Source: an archaeon (GTDB lineage Archaea > Undinarchaeota > Undinarchaeia > Undinarchaeales > JBDRKL01). Taken from it: a stretch of DNA of 64,000 bases. Positions 10,901 to 19,186 of this stretch are shown in pieces. The DNA is taken from the NCBI GenBank assembly GCA_043814055.1, contig JBDRKL010000004.1, forward strand, positions 1 to 64,000. The letters are read 5' to 3'. The position numbers and the translations under genes were made by a program. The notes below the pieces were generated by a model that ran no database searches, was not told where the DNA came from, and was given only the letters and a program-made list of their open reading frames with translations. How positions within the stretch are numbered: position 1 is the stretch's first letter; the number at the start of each line of letters is the position of its first letter.

Positions 10901-10953
10901 ATGCTGGTGAGCATCAAAATCTTGGCAAGTGTTTTGTCCATTCTTTTTTTCAC
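4915..10953 (-). CDS. Giant mosaic cell-surface protein: PPC-like, Cys-rich, GH18-like, beta-sandwich and S-layer-like domains, C-terminal TM anchor
   Basis: Signal peptide; DGVHLDIE (DxxDxDxE-like); WPGSDLDL PPC motif; modules shared with the next gene; TM plus RKK. Confidence 0.8.
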   Translation of the reverse strand: MKKRMDKTLAKILMLTSILLFAGMTSAAYADIADICGISNTNLPLDSLYEGLIGTYDDQDWWEFTLPKSGDLKVDFYSTGGSTLYMGIWSTCDESSEFLSVGTSSYATRDISNLDAGTYKLIAMGSPGNVGNYRIKLTFEPDEDEEEQNPGTSDCYSAPSMTLGRNMLSSVPNGDCDTYKGYGDWHKIVIPEDGDYDINLYVDRQNTWLMQFYKDDYKGGCDGVQVNTPITYFTTEWENDEIGFGVFKTKNLKSGTYYIRVCEDEPPFYQDWYTLYIGEAQPSIVCGDGICSAEENCGSDKSACGSNLCYQPTCSWGCAQIQIPEGQEDPKGCTGNNYCDGYGNCVAKPVDECMQGALDCKDTATLRSCQMQANGYTKWIEQPCGSGYTCENSACVKDEPKDECQYDIDCAHNYACAYENQFASGLMTQEVQAKSCILDPVKKNQMEKGRAAWVYWNREIDKEKKHKEDIEAYNKDVSDDLKIKYIFAGGYNRYGSYGEDIKKYSWVERADEQEYENTLTQDYRDMFPKEEGFKLYVMVDGYTTSESDICDWDNDKIEYVANYTAYAINNDENVDGVHLDIEYDMFRDAGISIGATQQCSENLGKLITSLKRKTNKTVSAAIGNSLVFPNLLEEGGYPWTNLNDQVFDADFLALMNYDIAWTKDLTEPLDSIIDALWRGDYESIPFFNFCNLYGDDDEYSATAREVARSFLHMANEKNTPVMIGLPAISTQHEFEQRARIGSGEITYSGSKMTEYLRGGLEAVDYALDTEGSDNFLGISLWAFMSYENIDVSGNEPPCGWFFYYPRHISEEAWNLLKGLDTEVTGTISPGEVKYNNIDVSGIVDSIKLSLKWPGSDLDLVLYDPNGNKIDPLVASQNDSVEYFEGETNEDYTIKSPMAGKWTAEVTAVDVHEDEPYSLTLDNTVKTFSDSSAEKLFEFPTSPQSAYVELPANAEVKSAVMDIEGLAVGVAQESAEVKNDNVGELTHGIYFGAQNGPGYWVDYKAAQSFTLGEDSNLESVDAYIKRHEIYTGASSVLASIQADSGGLPSGSKIAQVTLPAFDNFEYAWKNIAFDEAVALQKGTTYWLVLEYSGGSGSRGYMLGYDANGDYPNGRVEFYDEYSGGWNIPNPDLSQADGFFKLHLKGENAEVEQYVENPSVSISEDVIWTHSGEFSGKETTHDFANVLNSELSGCGEETCQIELAFSALGTGKLRVSNLNIIYTVPEPEPPIDSTPFVKIGYPFEGSTVNKATLRILGHASDEDGLASVSLNVLSEMPLGNSVSSVELPTSVDFYEKFSEISLQEGKNTITVTAEDSLGNVGQDSVVVYYEKTVVPNYVIDFTGKVGIDTLASENYDGNTLVDYLHSSDTKGYLYVEGKEYRWQETVEIDLDGVKIARDNLETNWGDQYDEVFMSISGSTIKYVNDFTPVVDYEGLVGNKIWFMTMEFTVINASEDVLKLASRNAEVVLTTSNPTTTVSGIDVSLGGVYATGVDNAYKAKVIVTNKGFTEAKYVAPGTIETIAGVEIYVKNAVVTTSGTNEGEVQLVVGAGIMVLENGGYLMLGDGTETTWQVDLVGSSDTLSKIVAKDVQSRVTVYTTDPVLYPGDSIAMPNGIMSFTYNGLKDSDGNDVAYVNVDIMQTTRDLGEGSVNTIRVRTQDGDYVSCKHNGNEMLANEAWLDINTELWYAKDPSAQTLKYAEVDEVKIKTSKSAFSLGYDNEKLTLTEPDGNKIIAEQNGVEFWDSDSDEMGCFVYYNEQTSAGCIHTTADVPPAARDYYTKYGTYIDASGQSMVSLLVPESQTYGEFLLINNVKNLEEHKAVILQRGEEIEEEPEEVIQPPAPSQSPSPGASSGGSSGGGSSGPAEVAMDISNGPAEYTMGKGSVGAFQIAGEKHTVTIDEVGTDWAKVTIRSDPVERVLKVSEVAYVDVNNDNEDDLAVVLKGIENGKAKLQFYKIEGVVEKIVEISDESVFAEEDESSKASGLATLGNAEIGALFAGLFAVAAIGYFGRKKGLI

Positions 10954-11020
10954 CTGCCAAGTTCTCTAATCGGAAGCTTATATAAAAACTCGGTGAAAAT
11001 GAGTGGAAACGTTCTAACCG

Positions 11021-14000
11021 CTAAGCTGCAGAGCCATTTCCATTAAAGAACTTCTCTGCCAGCTTGATTTTCTTGAGTTTTCCATATTTTTTAGTTTCTA
11101 CAAACCCTTTCTGCTCAAGCTCGGCAATCCATCTGGAGAGCGCAGCGTTTGAAATTCCAGTGTCGTGGTATATGTTTTTCTGGGTGCTTTCCCCTCCACC
11201 TTTGATGATGCTTTTTATTATGTCAGCTTCCCTCTCGGACAAACCTTCAATCAACCCTTCTATCCTTGAGTCAACTATGAGTTCTTTCTTGGAATTTCCA
11301 TTGAGCTTGGTGGACATTTTTTCTATAATCTCCTCCCTGTTCTGCTCTTTTGGAACATAAGTAATGCTCTTCTTCCTGTTGAAGTAAACAAGCCCAAGCG
11401 CTGCAAGCGCGATGGCTCCAAACGAAGCTCCAGCTATCCCCATTACCACATATCCTGTTTGTTTCCCCTCTACAAACTGCTCCTGTCGAATCTTCATAAA
11501 AGTCACATTCGCATTGCCGTCCTCGTCAATGCTGTTCAAAATCAATGCCATGTCATAAACATCATCCCCGTCAAGGTCAACGAAAACAACTTCTGACATG
11601 TTCAGCCTGACTCTGAACGGCTCGGAGCGTATGGTGACAATTGCGTAATCCTCCCCGAGCTCGTCAACTGTGAGGGAGTGCTCCTCTTTGTTTAATACGA
11701 ATCTCTGGCTCTCTCCTTCTTTTATCTGTATCTTGACTGCGTTAACAATTGAGGAGCCGCTGCCTCCGCCGCCCGCTGGCATTGAAGAACTTTCTACGGA
11801 TGAAGTTTCCGTGTCAAGGTTTATCACTTCCGTGACCGAGGTTTCTTCTGGCACTTTTTTCACTACCACCTCTTTCTTAGTGTTTTTTGCAGGAGTTGAG
11901 CTGTAACCTGACCCGCTGCTCGGCTCCTGTGCCTGCACATTAACCGTGAACCCTGCATCGTATTCACTGGCGGTTAATTTTCCAGAGGTGTCATTGCACC
12001 TAACATAATAATGGTGCGCAGAATTGCCCAGCCCGCTCAACGCTTTTGTGTGCGTTGTTGAATTTGTGCTGTCAAAAATTCCTGTCATATCCTTATACGC
12101 GGTTCCGATAGATAGAGAATACCTGCACTCTGCTGGTTCATTTGTAGTTACTTCAAGGGTTGGTGCGCTGGAGCCGGTTGTTCCTGCCGGGGTATGGCTA
12201 TTGACAGTTGGAGCTGCTCTATCTATTGTAGTTATATATTGAGGCGTTGCTGAAATAGGATATTCTATAACCTGAAGCTCGCCAAAACTCTGCCTGATTG
12301 GAATTTGCAAAGAAACTAAACTTGAGCCAACCGAGTCTGCATACGTGCCGTATTGGGTGTAATAATCTCTTGTAAGCGGGCCTGCCATAAAATTATTATC
12401 TGACTCTGAGCCGTATCCTTCATAATAAACATAATACCCCCCTCCATCCCCATTTATGTCCTCAAAATCTCCGCTATTGCTGTTCGCAGTTGCATTATAT
12501 TCAATAGTTATATTCACCCACTCGCTTTCATCAAGCTCAGATAGCCAGAAGTAGCCAGTTTCTACCGTAGAGTTATTTGATTCTATGTATATCTTGAAGA
12601 AAGTGTCTGCCTGAGTCAAGTCTGGGTTTGGTATGTTCCATTCCCCAGAGAACTCGTCATAAAACTCTGCCCTGCCCTCTGAATAGTGCCCGATTGACTC
12701 ATATCCAACCATATAGCCCCGATCCCCTGAGCCGCCGGTGTAATTCAGCACAAGCCAGTAAGTTGTGCTCGCATTGAGGTCTACGGGTGCATCAAATTTG
12801 ATATTCTTCCACTCATAGCCAAAATTGGAAAGAGCAGGTATTGTAACCTCAGCAATTTTTTCACTGCTGCTCGGGAAACCGCCTGAATCTGTTTGTATGC
12901 TGGCTAATATGTCAGTGGCTTCCGTGTATATGTTATGTCTCTGAATATAAACATCAAAGCTTGTTACATTCGCTACCTCCTCTAATTCAAAACTCTGAGC
13001 GGCAACATAATCAACCCAGTACCCAGGTCCTACCTGAGTGCCGAAATATATTCCATCTGTTAAATTTACAGTATCCTCGTGGTATATCTCAAGTTTTTCA
13101 TCCTTTGGGGTCACGTTTTCATATCCCAATATAACGACGTTTTCCTCTGCTATTTGTGGATTTGAAATGCTCTTAGTAAGGTTCAGCACTGGCCTTGTTC
13201 CATCATAAACAGTCAGGTATTCAGAAGGAATGCTGGGATTTTCATAATAAAATCTGTCTGCTCCTCTGATCGCACCTACAAAAAGCGTATTTGTAAAACT
13301 GGTTGCTCCTGTTGAATTATCTGCATAGGATAAATAATTTCCATCTGGTGTCCTCACTCGAATAACAGCTTCTGTTCCATCTCCAAGATCCCGCGTGCTC
13401 GGCATTATGTCCAAATTAATATATTCAGGGCTTGAGCCGTATCGGTCAGTTACTCCATAATACTTAAGCCCGAAGAAATCTCCAGTTGGGTATTTTATGT
13501 CATCTCCTGGATACAAAACAGTATTAGTTTGACTTACAGTAACGTGGGGTTCAGTATCTGTTAATGTTATATAATCAAGCGCCCCAGCGTTCTGCTGAAT
13601 TAGAACTTGCCAAGTGCTTTCTACACCTTCCTGGATAAGATAGGCGCCATCTTCTAGTATTATTGACCCTCCGTCTAGCAACAAAATTCCTGTAGTCAAA
13701 TTACAGGATGCAAAATAATGTTCTTCCCCTGTGAACCAAAGCTTTGTTCCATTTAAATTATTCTCACAATCTATTTTTGAAATATCATCATCAAACTCAA
13801 GCTTGTATGAAATCGTATTGCCTGATACTGCTACATACACCTCGTCATACTGGTCTCCAGCACTTGCGCTCAGCGTGTCTCTCATTACATGGATATTCTC
13901 CTGGTTTACACTAATCTCTTCGTGCCAATCATGCGGAACTCCCTGTATGTCTATTGGCTCTTTGGTGTCTGAACTGTGAACCCAATCCACTGCGTTTCCA

Positions 14001-14482
14001 GCCCCGCTATAACCAGTTGGAACTATTTTATCAATTGAAGTTCCAGCCCTTTCCTCTGATTCATTGCCATACTTGTCAAATTGAACATGCCTTCCAAGTT
14101 TCATTCCGCTGCTTTGTCCAAGATTGTTCCAAACATTAAAATCAAAATATATCTTTGTCCTGTCCGGAAGCGCATCCAAGCCGGTTTTTGAAAGATAAGT
14201 GCCGCAGCTTTTGCCTGAGCCGCTTGGGCAGCTTGTGTTTAAGTTTGGTCCTATTGCATACTGCTGCGCTCCTGTATCCACTCCAAGAAATTCAAATTTC
14301 GTGTAAATAGTGTTATCACAATTATAATCAACAGTAAAGGTTTCGTCGGAAGTGGCGTTCGTATAGCTGTTATTGCCTGGCTGGTAATTTAAAATTGCAG
14401 GCGCGGTGTCTGATGCAAACGCAGGGCTTATGCTCAAAAGAAGTACTAGTGCTATTCCAATTGCAATTATTTGCTTATTCAT
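11021..14482 (-). CDS. S-layer-like surface protein with a TM helix and a cytoplasmic winged-HTH C-terminus
   Basis: Signal peptide; modules paralogous to 4915-10953; TM near aa 1015-1035; GLSEREADII..TQKNI..SNAALSRWIAELEQKGFV wHTH. Confidence 0.8.
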   Translation of the reverse strand: MNKQIIAIGIALVLLLSISPAFASDTAPAILNYQPGNNSYTNATSDETFTVDYNCDNTIYTKFEFLGVDTGAQQYAIGPNLNTSCPSGSGKSCGTYLSKTGLDALPDRTKIYFDFNVWNNLGQSSGMKLGRHVQFDKYGNESEERAGTSIDKIVPTGYSGAGNAVDWVHSSDTKEPIDIQGVPHDWHEEISVNQENIHVMRDTLSASAGDQYDEVYVAVSGNTISYKLEFDDDISKIDCENNLNGTKLWFTGEEHYFASCNLTTGILLLDGGSIILEDGAYLIQEGVESTWQVLIQQNAGALDYITLTDTEPHVTVSQTNTVLYPGDDIKYPTGDFFGLKYYGVTDRYGSSPEYINLDIMPSTRDLGDGTEAVIRVRTPDGNYLSYADNSTGATSFTNTLFVGAIRGADRFYYENPSIPSEYLTVYDGTRPVLNLTKSISNPQIAEENVVILGYENVTPKDEKLEIYHEDTVNLTDGIYFGTQVGPGYWVDYVAAQSFELEEVANVTSFDVYIQRHNIYTEATDILASIQTDSGGFPSSSEKIAEVTIPALSNFGYEWKNIKFDAPVDLNASTTYWLVLNYTGGSGDRGYMVGYESIGHYSEGRAEFYDEFSGEWNIPNPDLTQADTFFKIYIESNNSTVETGYFWLSELDESEWVNITIEYNATANSNSGDFEDINGDGGGYYVYYEGYGSESDNNFMAGPLTRDYYTQYGTYADSVGSSLVSLQIPIRQSFGELQVIEYPISATPQYITTIDRAAPTVNSHTPAGTTGSSAPTLEVTTNEPAECRYSLSIGTAYKDMTGIFDSTNSTTHTKALSGLGNSAHHYYVRCNDTSGKLTASEYDAGFTVNVQAQEPSSGSGYSSTPAKNTKKEVVVKKVPEETSVTEVINLDTETSSVESSSMPAGGGGSGSSIVNAVKIQIKEGESQRFVLNKEEHSLTVDELGEDYAIVTIRSEPFRVRLNMSEVVFVDLDGDDVYDMALILNSIDEDGNANVTFMKIRQEQFVEGKQTGYVVMGIAGASFGAIALAALGLVYFNRKKSITYVPKEQNREEIIEKMSTKLNGNSKKELIVDSRIEGLIEGLSEREADIIKSIIKGGGESTQKNIYHDTGISNAALSRWIAELEQKGFVETKKYGKLKKIKLAEKFFNGNGSAA

Positions 14483-14552
14483 CTCCCCTATATAGTGGTA
14501 ACAAAACTAGTATATAATCTTTTTTTTAGCCTAATCCAGGTGGAAACGTTCT

Positions 14553-16124
14553 TTACACCTGCTCAATCCCTTCTTCCTTCTCAATCTCTTCCAGCTCTTC
14601 TTCCTGCTCAGCCTCTTCAAGCAATCTCTTTTTCTCCTGCTCTTCAGGAAGCGGAACTCGCACTTCATCTTCCCCAGCAGGCTCAATGTGAAGCTCCTGC
14701 TCAACCTCAGCGAGCTGCTGCCTCTCATTCTCAAGCTCAAGCAGGGTCTCCTTCTGCAGGTCAAACGCCTCGTCCCCGCCCATTGCTTCTTCTTCTCCGG
14801 CTGTTGGCTCTTCTTCAGTTATTATTGGTTCTTGAATGTCCGTGGTTAGCTCCGGCTCTGCGCTTGGTGCTGACTCGTGCTCTAATTCTGAAATTGGCGC
14901 CTGCACAACCTCTTTCGCAAGCTCCTCTGCCCTTTCCTTAATCTGCTCCTGCGCCCGCGCTGAACCGTCATTCTCAAACTCGTGAGGCATAGGCGGAGTT
15001 GGCAAGGGCTCAAGCTCGGTCTCCTGCTCCATAGTTTCCATAATCTGCTCCTGCTTGTCCAGAACCTCGGTCTCAATCTGGTGTTCAAGCTCTCCCATAA
15101 CTTCCTCCTGAACTAGGTCTTGCGCTCCTTCCTCATCCTCAATCTCCTCCAGCGGCATTTCAGGCGGCGGAGTGAAAGGCTTTGCGCCAATCACGAAAAC
15201 ATCATCATCCTCAATCGCCCACTCAATCTGGTGCGGCTCGCTGAACTTCTCGCCAAACTTCTGCGCGAGCGCAAGCAATTGCGCGTAATCCTCCTCAGTA
15301 AGAACTTCCTTGGCTGAAATATCCTGCTTGAGCATCACGCGCTTGGTCTTCCCGCTCTTGATGTCGCGCGTGTACATGAACGCCTTGTTCTCTATAAGTC
15401 TGCTCACGACGCCAAGAGTCTCCTTGTCAACAACATAATGGTCAGGGGCAATCTCGCCTGAGGTCGCGGCCTCGCCGATTCCCCACACCGCGTTTATGGT
15501 CAGCATATTCCTATGCCCTGTCACAGGGTGCGCTGTGAATATAGTCCCGGCTTTTTCAGAGTCAACCATCTTCTGCACCACAACCGCGGGGAGCACGCTG
15601 TTCTGGGCAATCCCCTGCTCCTTTCTGTATGTGAGTTCCTGCGGCTCAAAAGCCGATGCCCAGCAGGCTTTGACTGCGCTTATCAGCTCGTCCGCTCCTG
15701 TCACGTTCAGCAGTGCCTTCCTGGACTTCAGGTCTCCTGGCTTGGAGCTGGTCCGCACAGCGACGAACTCGCCGCGCTTCGCTTCTACGCCCTTTATCGC
15801 AGTGGAGCTTTTTGATAATTCTTCATAAGCAATTTTTATCTCATCCGCAGTGTGCTCAGGCAGTTTCGCGCCTGTAATCATCGTGCGGATGGTTTTTGAA
15901 ACAACCTTGAGGTCAGTGCCGTCGTTCGGATTCATCTCTTTCAAAAGGTCTTCCATATCTGGTTTAATATCAGCAACATCAAGGAACTCCTTGAACGCTT
16001 CAGAACTAACCACAAAGCCCGGCGGCACAGCCAGTCCGGCCTTGATGAGCGCGCCTAGCTGAACGCCCTTCTCCCCTGCAGAGGGGATATCTTTCCCAGT
16101 CAGGTTGGCAAGCTGTTTAATCAA
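14553..16124 (-). CDS. PEP synthase/PPDK N-terminal (ATP-grasp) domain protein, degenerate, with a long acidic tail
   Basis: VPPGFVV, AVR, VVVQKMVDS, WGIGE, IEWAI motifs; no phospho-His or PEP-binding domain. Confidence 0.8.
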   Translation of the reverse strand: MIKQLANLTGKDIPSAGEKGVQLGALIKAGLAVPPGFVVSSEAFKEFLDVADIKPDMEDLLKEMNPNDGTDLKVVSKTIRTMITGAKLPEHTADEIKIAYEELSKSSTAIKGVEAKRGEFVAVRTSSKPGDLKSRKALLNVTGADELISAVKACWASAFEPQELTYRKEQGIAQNSVLPAVVVQKMVDSEKAGTIFTAHPVTGHRNMLTINAVWGIGEAATSGEIAPDHYVVDKETLGVVSRLIENKAFMYTRDIKSGKTKRVMLKQDISAKEVLTEEDYAQLLALAQKFGEKFSEPHQIEWAIEDDDVFVIGAKPFTPPPEMPLEEIEDEEGAQDLVQEEVMGELEHQIETEVLDKQEQIMETMEQETELEPLPTPPMPHEFENDGSARAQEQIKERAEELAKEVVQAPISELEHESAPSAEPELTTDIQEPIITEEEPTAGEEEAMGGDEAFDLQKETLLELENERQQLAEVEQELHIEPAGEDEVRVPLPEEQEKKRLLEEAEQEEELEEIEKEEGIEQV

Positions 16125-16163
16125 TACATTACACCTCTGTCTTGCGGTAAGGGGTGTTGGTAT

Positions 16164-16751
16164 TTAAAGTTTTTTAGAACTAAGCCCAGGTGTCCCTTTC
16201 GGCGTTGGTGCCTTTGGGGCTGGTTTTTTCGTCAAATCATCAATCTGAACCCTGCACCTGAGCGGGAACTTCATCTTTGCCCTGCGGAGTGCGTCTTTTG
16301 CAACAACAAGATTGTTATTGTTAATGCTAATGCTCAGTATCTTCTGGTCTCTCTTGACACGCGCAGCCATCCCAATCGGCTTGCCGAACGCCCTGCTCAT
16401 TCCTTCCTGAAACCTGTCAGCCCCAGCGCCTGTTGCGAGCGGGTTTTCGCGAAGAACATGGTGCGGGTATATGCGCATCTTTATAAAAAATGACTTCGGG
16501 CCAACGTTTGCTATGTTCTTGACAGCTGCGACACGGGCCGCCTCAAGCGCGTTGTGCTTTATCTGCGCGGTCTCGTCAGCTACAAGGGAAATTTCAGTAT
16601 CAAACCTGCCCTGCGAGTCGCCCATTTCAAACAGGTGTATCTTCGGTCGTGGAACACCTTTTATATAGTTCAGGCTAGGCTTTCTGTTCGCCCTTCTTGT
16701 GTAAGGGCGCGCGTCCATTCGCTTATAAACTCCTCCGCCTCTTTCTGTCAT
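16164..16751 (-). CDS. rpl10e: 50S ribosomal protein uL16 (L10e)
   Basis: LEAARVA, YPHHVLREN..GAGADRFQEGMSRAFGKP. Confidence 0.97.
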   Translation of the reverse strand: MTERGGGVYKRMDARPYTRRANRKPSLNYIKGVPRPKIHLFEMGDSQGRFDTEISLVADETAQIKHNALEAARVAAVKNIANVGPKSFFIKMRIYPHHVLRENPLATGAGADRFQEGMSRAFGKPIGMAARVKRDQKILSISINNNNLVVAKDALRRAKMKFPLRCRVQIDDLTKKPAPKAPTPKGTPGLSSKKL

Positions 16752-16882
16752 ATTAAATCACCTTTCAAACATTCCAAGTGTCCCATCTATGTGTTCGTTG
16801 TGGTTTTTAAACATATCGAAGCGGCAATTTCGGTCGCTTCGGGATTCACCCGGTCTCAAATTGGAAAGTCTGGGTGTCATAT
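16746..16882 (-). repeat. Hairpin element flanked by an ATATGACA direct repeat, translated as the C-terminal tail of the upstream gene
   Basis: tgtcatat at 16746-16753 and 16875-16882; cacccag..ccgggtgaat..cgaagc..cttcga shared with 23510-23590. Confidence 0.6.
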
Positions 16883-18131
16883 CGAAACGCACCGGAGACC
16901 CTGCTCCATAGAGTATTTGGGCAATATTCGCATCTGCTCCTTTCTTCTTGAAAAAGCCCTTTTCCTTTTTCTCTTTTTCTTTTTTTATTCTTCTGGCTTC
17001 CTTCTTTATCTTCTCAACGAGCTTGTCCATTCCCTTGTTGGTGTTTCCAACTCCGCAGGTGTTCCCGACGCCGACAACCAGTATGTGCGCGCCTGGCTTG
17101 GTATCCTTGACGCGCTCCTTGAGCATCTCGGTTGTGGTCTTTATTGAATTCACAACTTCTTCAGGCATTGGCGAAATAGCCTCAAATTGGCTCATCTTTA
17201 TCGCGAACGCCTCAAGTGGTATCTTTCTCTTAATTGCCGCGTCCTCAATCTGGGACTTCTGCACGCCAGCACCGCCAATTGCTGCTCCAACCCCTTCTGC
17301 AACGCTTCCGGTCTTTTCTCCTTCAAGCTTTGCAGCTGCGTCTATTGTGATTATCTTTGCTATCCTGTTCTTTGCGCAGACCTTTTCAACAGCCTCTCCT
17401 AATTTTCCAAGGCGGCCACCAGGGCCCTTTGCCTTGAGGAATGTGACTTTGCGGCCCCATTTCGTGGTTGTAGTTGCGAGAACTTCCTGCGCGACTTCCG
17501 TGCCCTCTTCGCTAATCAGGCTTGCGATGGTCATAGGTCCTATCGCGTCCCCGATTGCCTGCTCGTTCAGGAATGCCTCCAGTCCGAGCCTCTCTGCCTC
17601 GGCTATTTCCTCAATCATCGGGAGCTGCATCTGAATAAGCATTCCAATTTGCAGGTTCTTGAACTTCTTGACAATCTCAACGTAGTGCCTGACAATCTTT
17701 GCAATCATCTCTATCATGATGGTGGCCTGAAGCCCCATATACACGTCCATTTGTTTCTCTGAGCCAGCATTCGGGGTCATGTCAAACGTGATCTGCTTGA
17801 ACCTGTCCTCTGTGTTGTTTATGAGGTGCTCAATCCTCTTGATAATTCCGAACGGATCCAATGATACTGGCGGTATCATGAAAAAGTCAACGACTCTGGA
17901 GACAGTGTCTCGCAGGTGCTTCTTCGGCCTGCCGTACTTTATTGTTTTGTCTATAAGCAAAGCCTGGCTCTCCTTTGAGAGCTTCTCAAGCTTCTTAGCC
18001 GAGCTTTCCAGCTTTGAGAAAATCTGGTAAAAGTACAGCTTTGGAAAAATGAACATTATTACAACTAGGAAAAACATCCACTGGATGATTCCCTGTATTC
18101 CGCCTTCTCCCCCCATCAAAAATGGACTCAT
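16758..18131 (-). CDS. DUF1512 family membrane-anchored protein
   Basis: PVSLDPFGII, IGDAIGP, KAKGPGGRLGK, IDAAAKLEGEKTG, GVGNT motifs. Confidence 0.85.
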   Translation of the reverse strand: MSPFLMGGEGGIQGIIQWMFFLVVIMFIFPKLYFYQIFSKLESSAKKLEKLSKESQALLIDKTIKYGRPKKHLRDTVSRVVDFFMIPPVSLDPFGIIKRIEHLINNTEDRFKQITFDMTPNAGSEKQMDVYMGLQATIMIEMIAKIVRHYVEIVKKFKNLQIGMLIQMQLPMIEEIAEAERLGLEAFLNEQAIGDAIGPMTIASLISEEGTEVAQEVLATTTTKWGRKVTFLKAKGPGGRLGKLGEAVEKVCAKNRIAKIITIDAAAKLEGEKTGSVAEGVGAAIGGAGVQKSQIEDAAIKRKIPLEAFAIKMSQFEAISPMPEEVVNSIKTTTEMLKERVKDTKPGAHILVVGVGNTCGVGNTNKGMDKLVEKIKKEARRIKKEKEKKEKGFFKKKGADANIAQILYGAGSPVRFDMTPRLSNLRPGESRSDRNCRFDMFKNHNEHIDGTLGMFER

Positions 18132-18814
18132 AGTATTTTACTCCTAATTTTTTTAAGAACACCGATAAGCGTGTTTGCTTCTCTCCCAGTCACCTGTGCC
18201 CTGCCTATTAGTTTCCGTATCATGCTGTTAAATACTTTGCGCTTGTCAGCCGGGTAGTCTGCCCCTTTCACAATCTCTGAGAAGTTCTCCTTAATCAGGC
18301 TGAGCTCTTTTCCGCTTGCAAGCCGCGGCTTTTCCCCGCTAGGCAGTTTTGACAATTCATAAAGAACAACCGCAACTGCGTGCGACAGGTTCATTGAGCG
18401 ATATGCATTGTGCGTTGGTATTGTCACGCACATGTCGCACTGCTCAACGATTTCATTCGGGAGCCCGGAGTCCTCGGGGCCGAAAACAATTGCAATTTTA
18501 CCTTCAACTTTTTCCAATTTCTTCCTCAATTCCTCAGGAGTGAATGGAATTTTCAAAAAATAATCATCCTTTCCTGTAACTCTTGCAGTTGTCGCAATTG
18601 TTAAATCAAAGTTCTTCTTCGCCTCTTCAAAACTCTCAAAAGTTTTCGCCTTCTCCAAGACCTCTTTCGCGTGCACAGCCATCATCGCGGCATTATCATC
18701 AAGCTTGCACGGATTAACCATAACAAGATTCTTCGCGCCGAAGTTTTTCATCGCTCTGCAAACCGAGCCGACATTCCCTGCTTTCTGGGGTTCATATAGA
18801 ATTACTGAAATCAT
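18128..18814 (-). CDS. trmJ: tRNA (cytidine32-2'-O)-methyltransferase, TrmJ/SpoU family
   Basis: GNVGSVCRAMKNFG, FGPEDSGL, SMNLSHAV. Confidence 0.93.
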   Translation of the reverse strand: MISVILYEPQKAGNVGSVCRAMKNFGAKNLVMVNPCKLDDNAAMMAVHAKEVLEKAKTFESFEEAKKNFDLTIATTARVTGKDDYFLKIPFTPEELRKKLEKVEGKIAIVFGPEDSGLPNEIVEQCDMCVTIPTHNAYRSMNLSHAVAVVLYELSKLPSGEKPRLASGKELSLIKENFSEIVKGADYPADKRKVFNSMIRKLIGRAQVTGREANTLIGVLKKIRSKIL

Positions 18815-19179
18815 TGTTCAAACTCAATCGAGTCCACGCAGCACTCCCTACCTTTGATTATGCGCATTTGCTCACCGCACTGCGGGCAGATTAAGTCGTG
18901 TGCGTGTACCTCGTGCAGTGATTTGTCGTATTCAACATTACCGTCGTATCCGCAGGCGTCGCAGATTAATTTCGCAGGAACAATATTGACTTTAACTTCT
19001 GGCGCGTAGCCGAGCTCTTTTTCAAAAAGCTCCTTGAGCCAGAACTGGACTTTTTCAGGTTCCAGGTTCATCAGCTCGCCGAGCGAAGCTTCAACATTAA
19101 GGACTTTCTTGTCCCCAAATTCCTTTGCCTTTTCGGCAACAGCCTTCACGATTGAGTCTGAGACGGATACGTCGTGCAT
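18811..19179 (-). CDS. hypA: Hydrogenase nickel metallochaperone HypA
   Basis: MHD N-terminus, two CxxC motifs, GRE; lies near the hydrogenase operon. Confidence 0.88.
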   Translation of the reverse strand: MHDVSVSDSIVKAVAEKAKEFGDKKVLNVEASLGELMNLEPEKVQFWLKELFEKELGYAPEVKVNIVPAKLICDACGYDGNVEYDKSLHEVHAHDLICPQCGEQMRIIKGRECCVDSIEFEQ

Positions 19180-19186
19180 AATCAAT

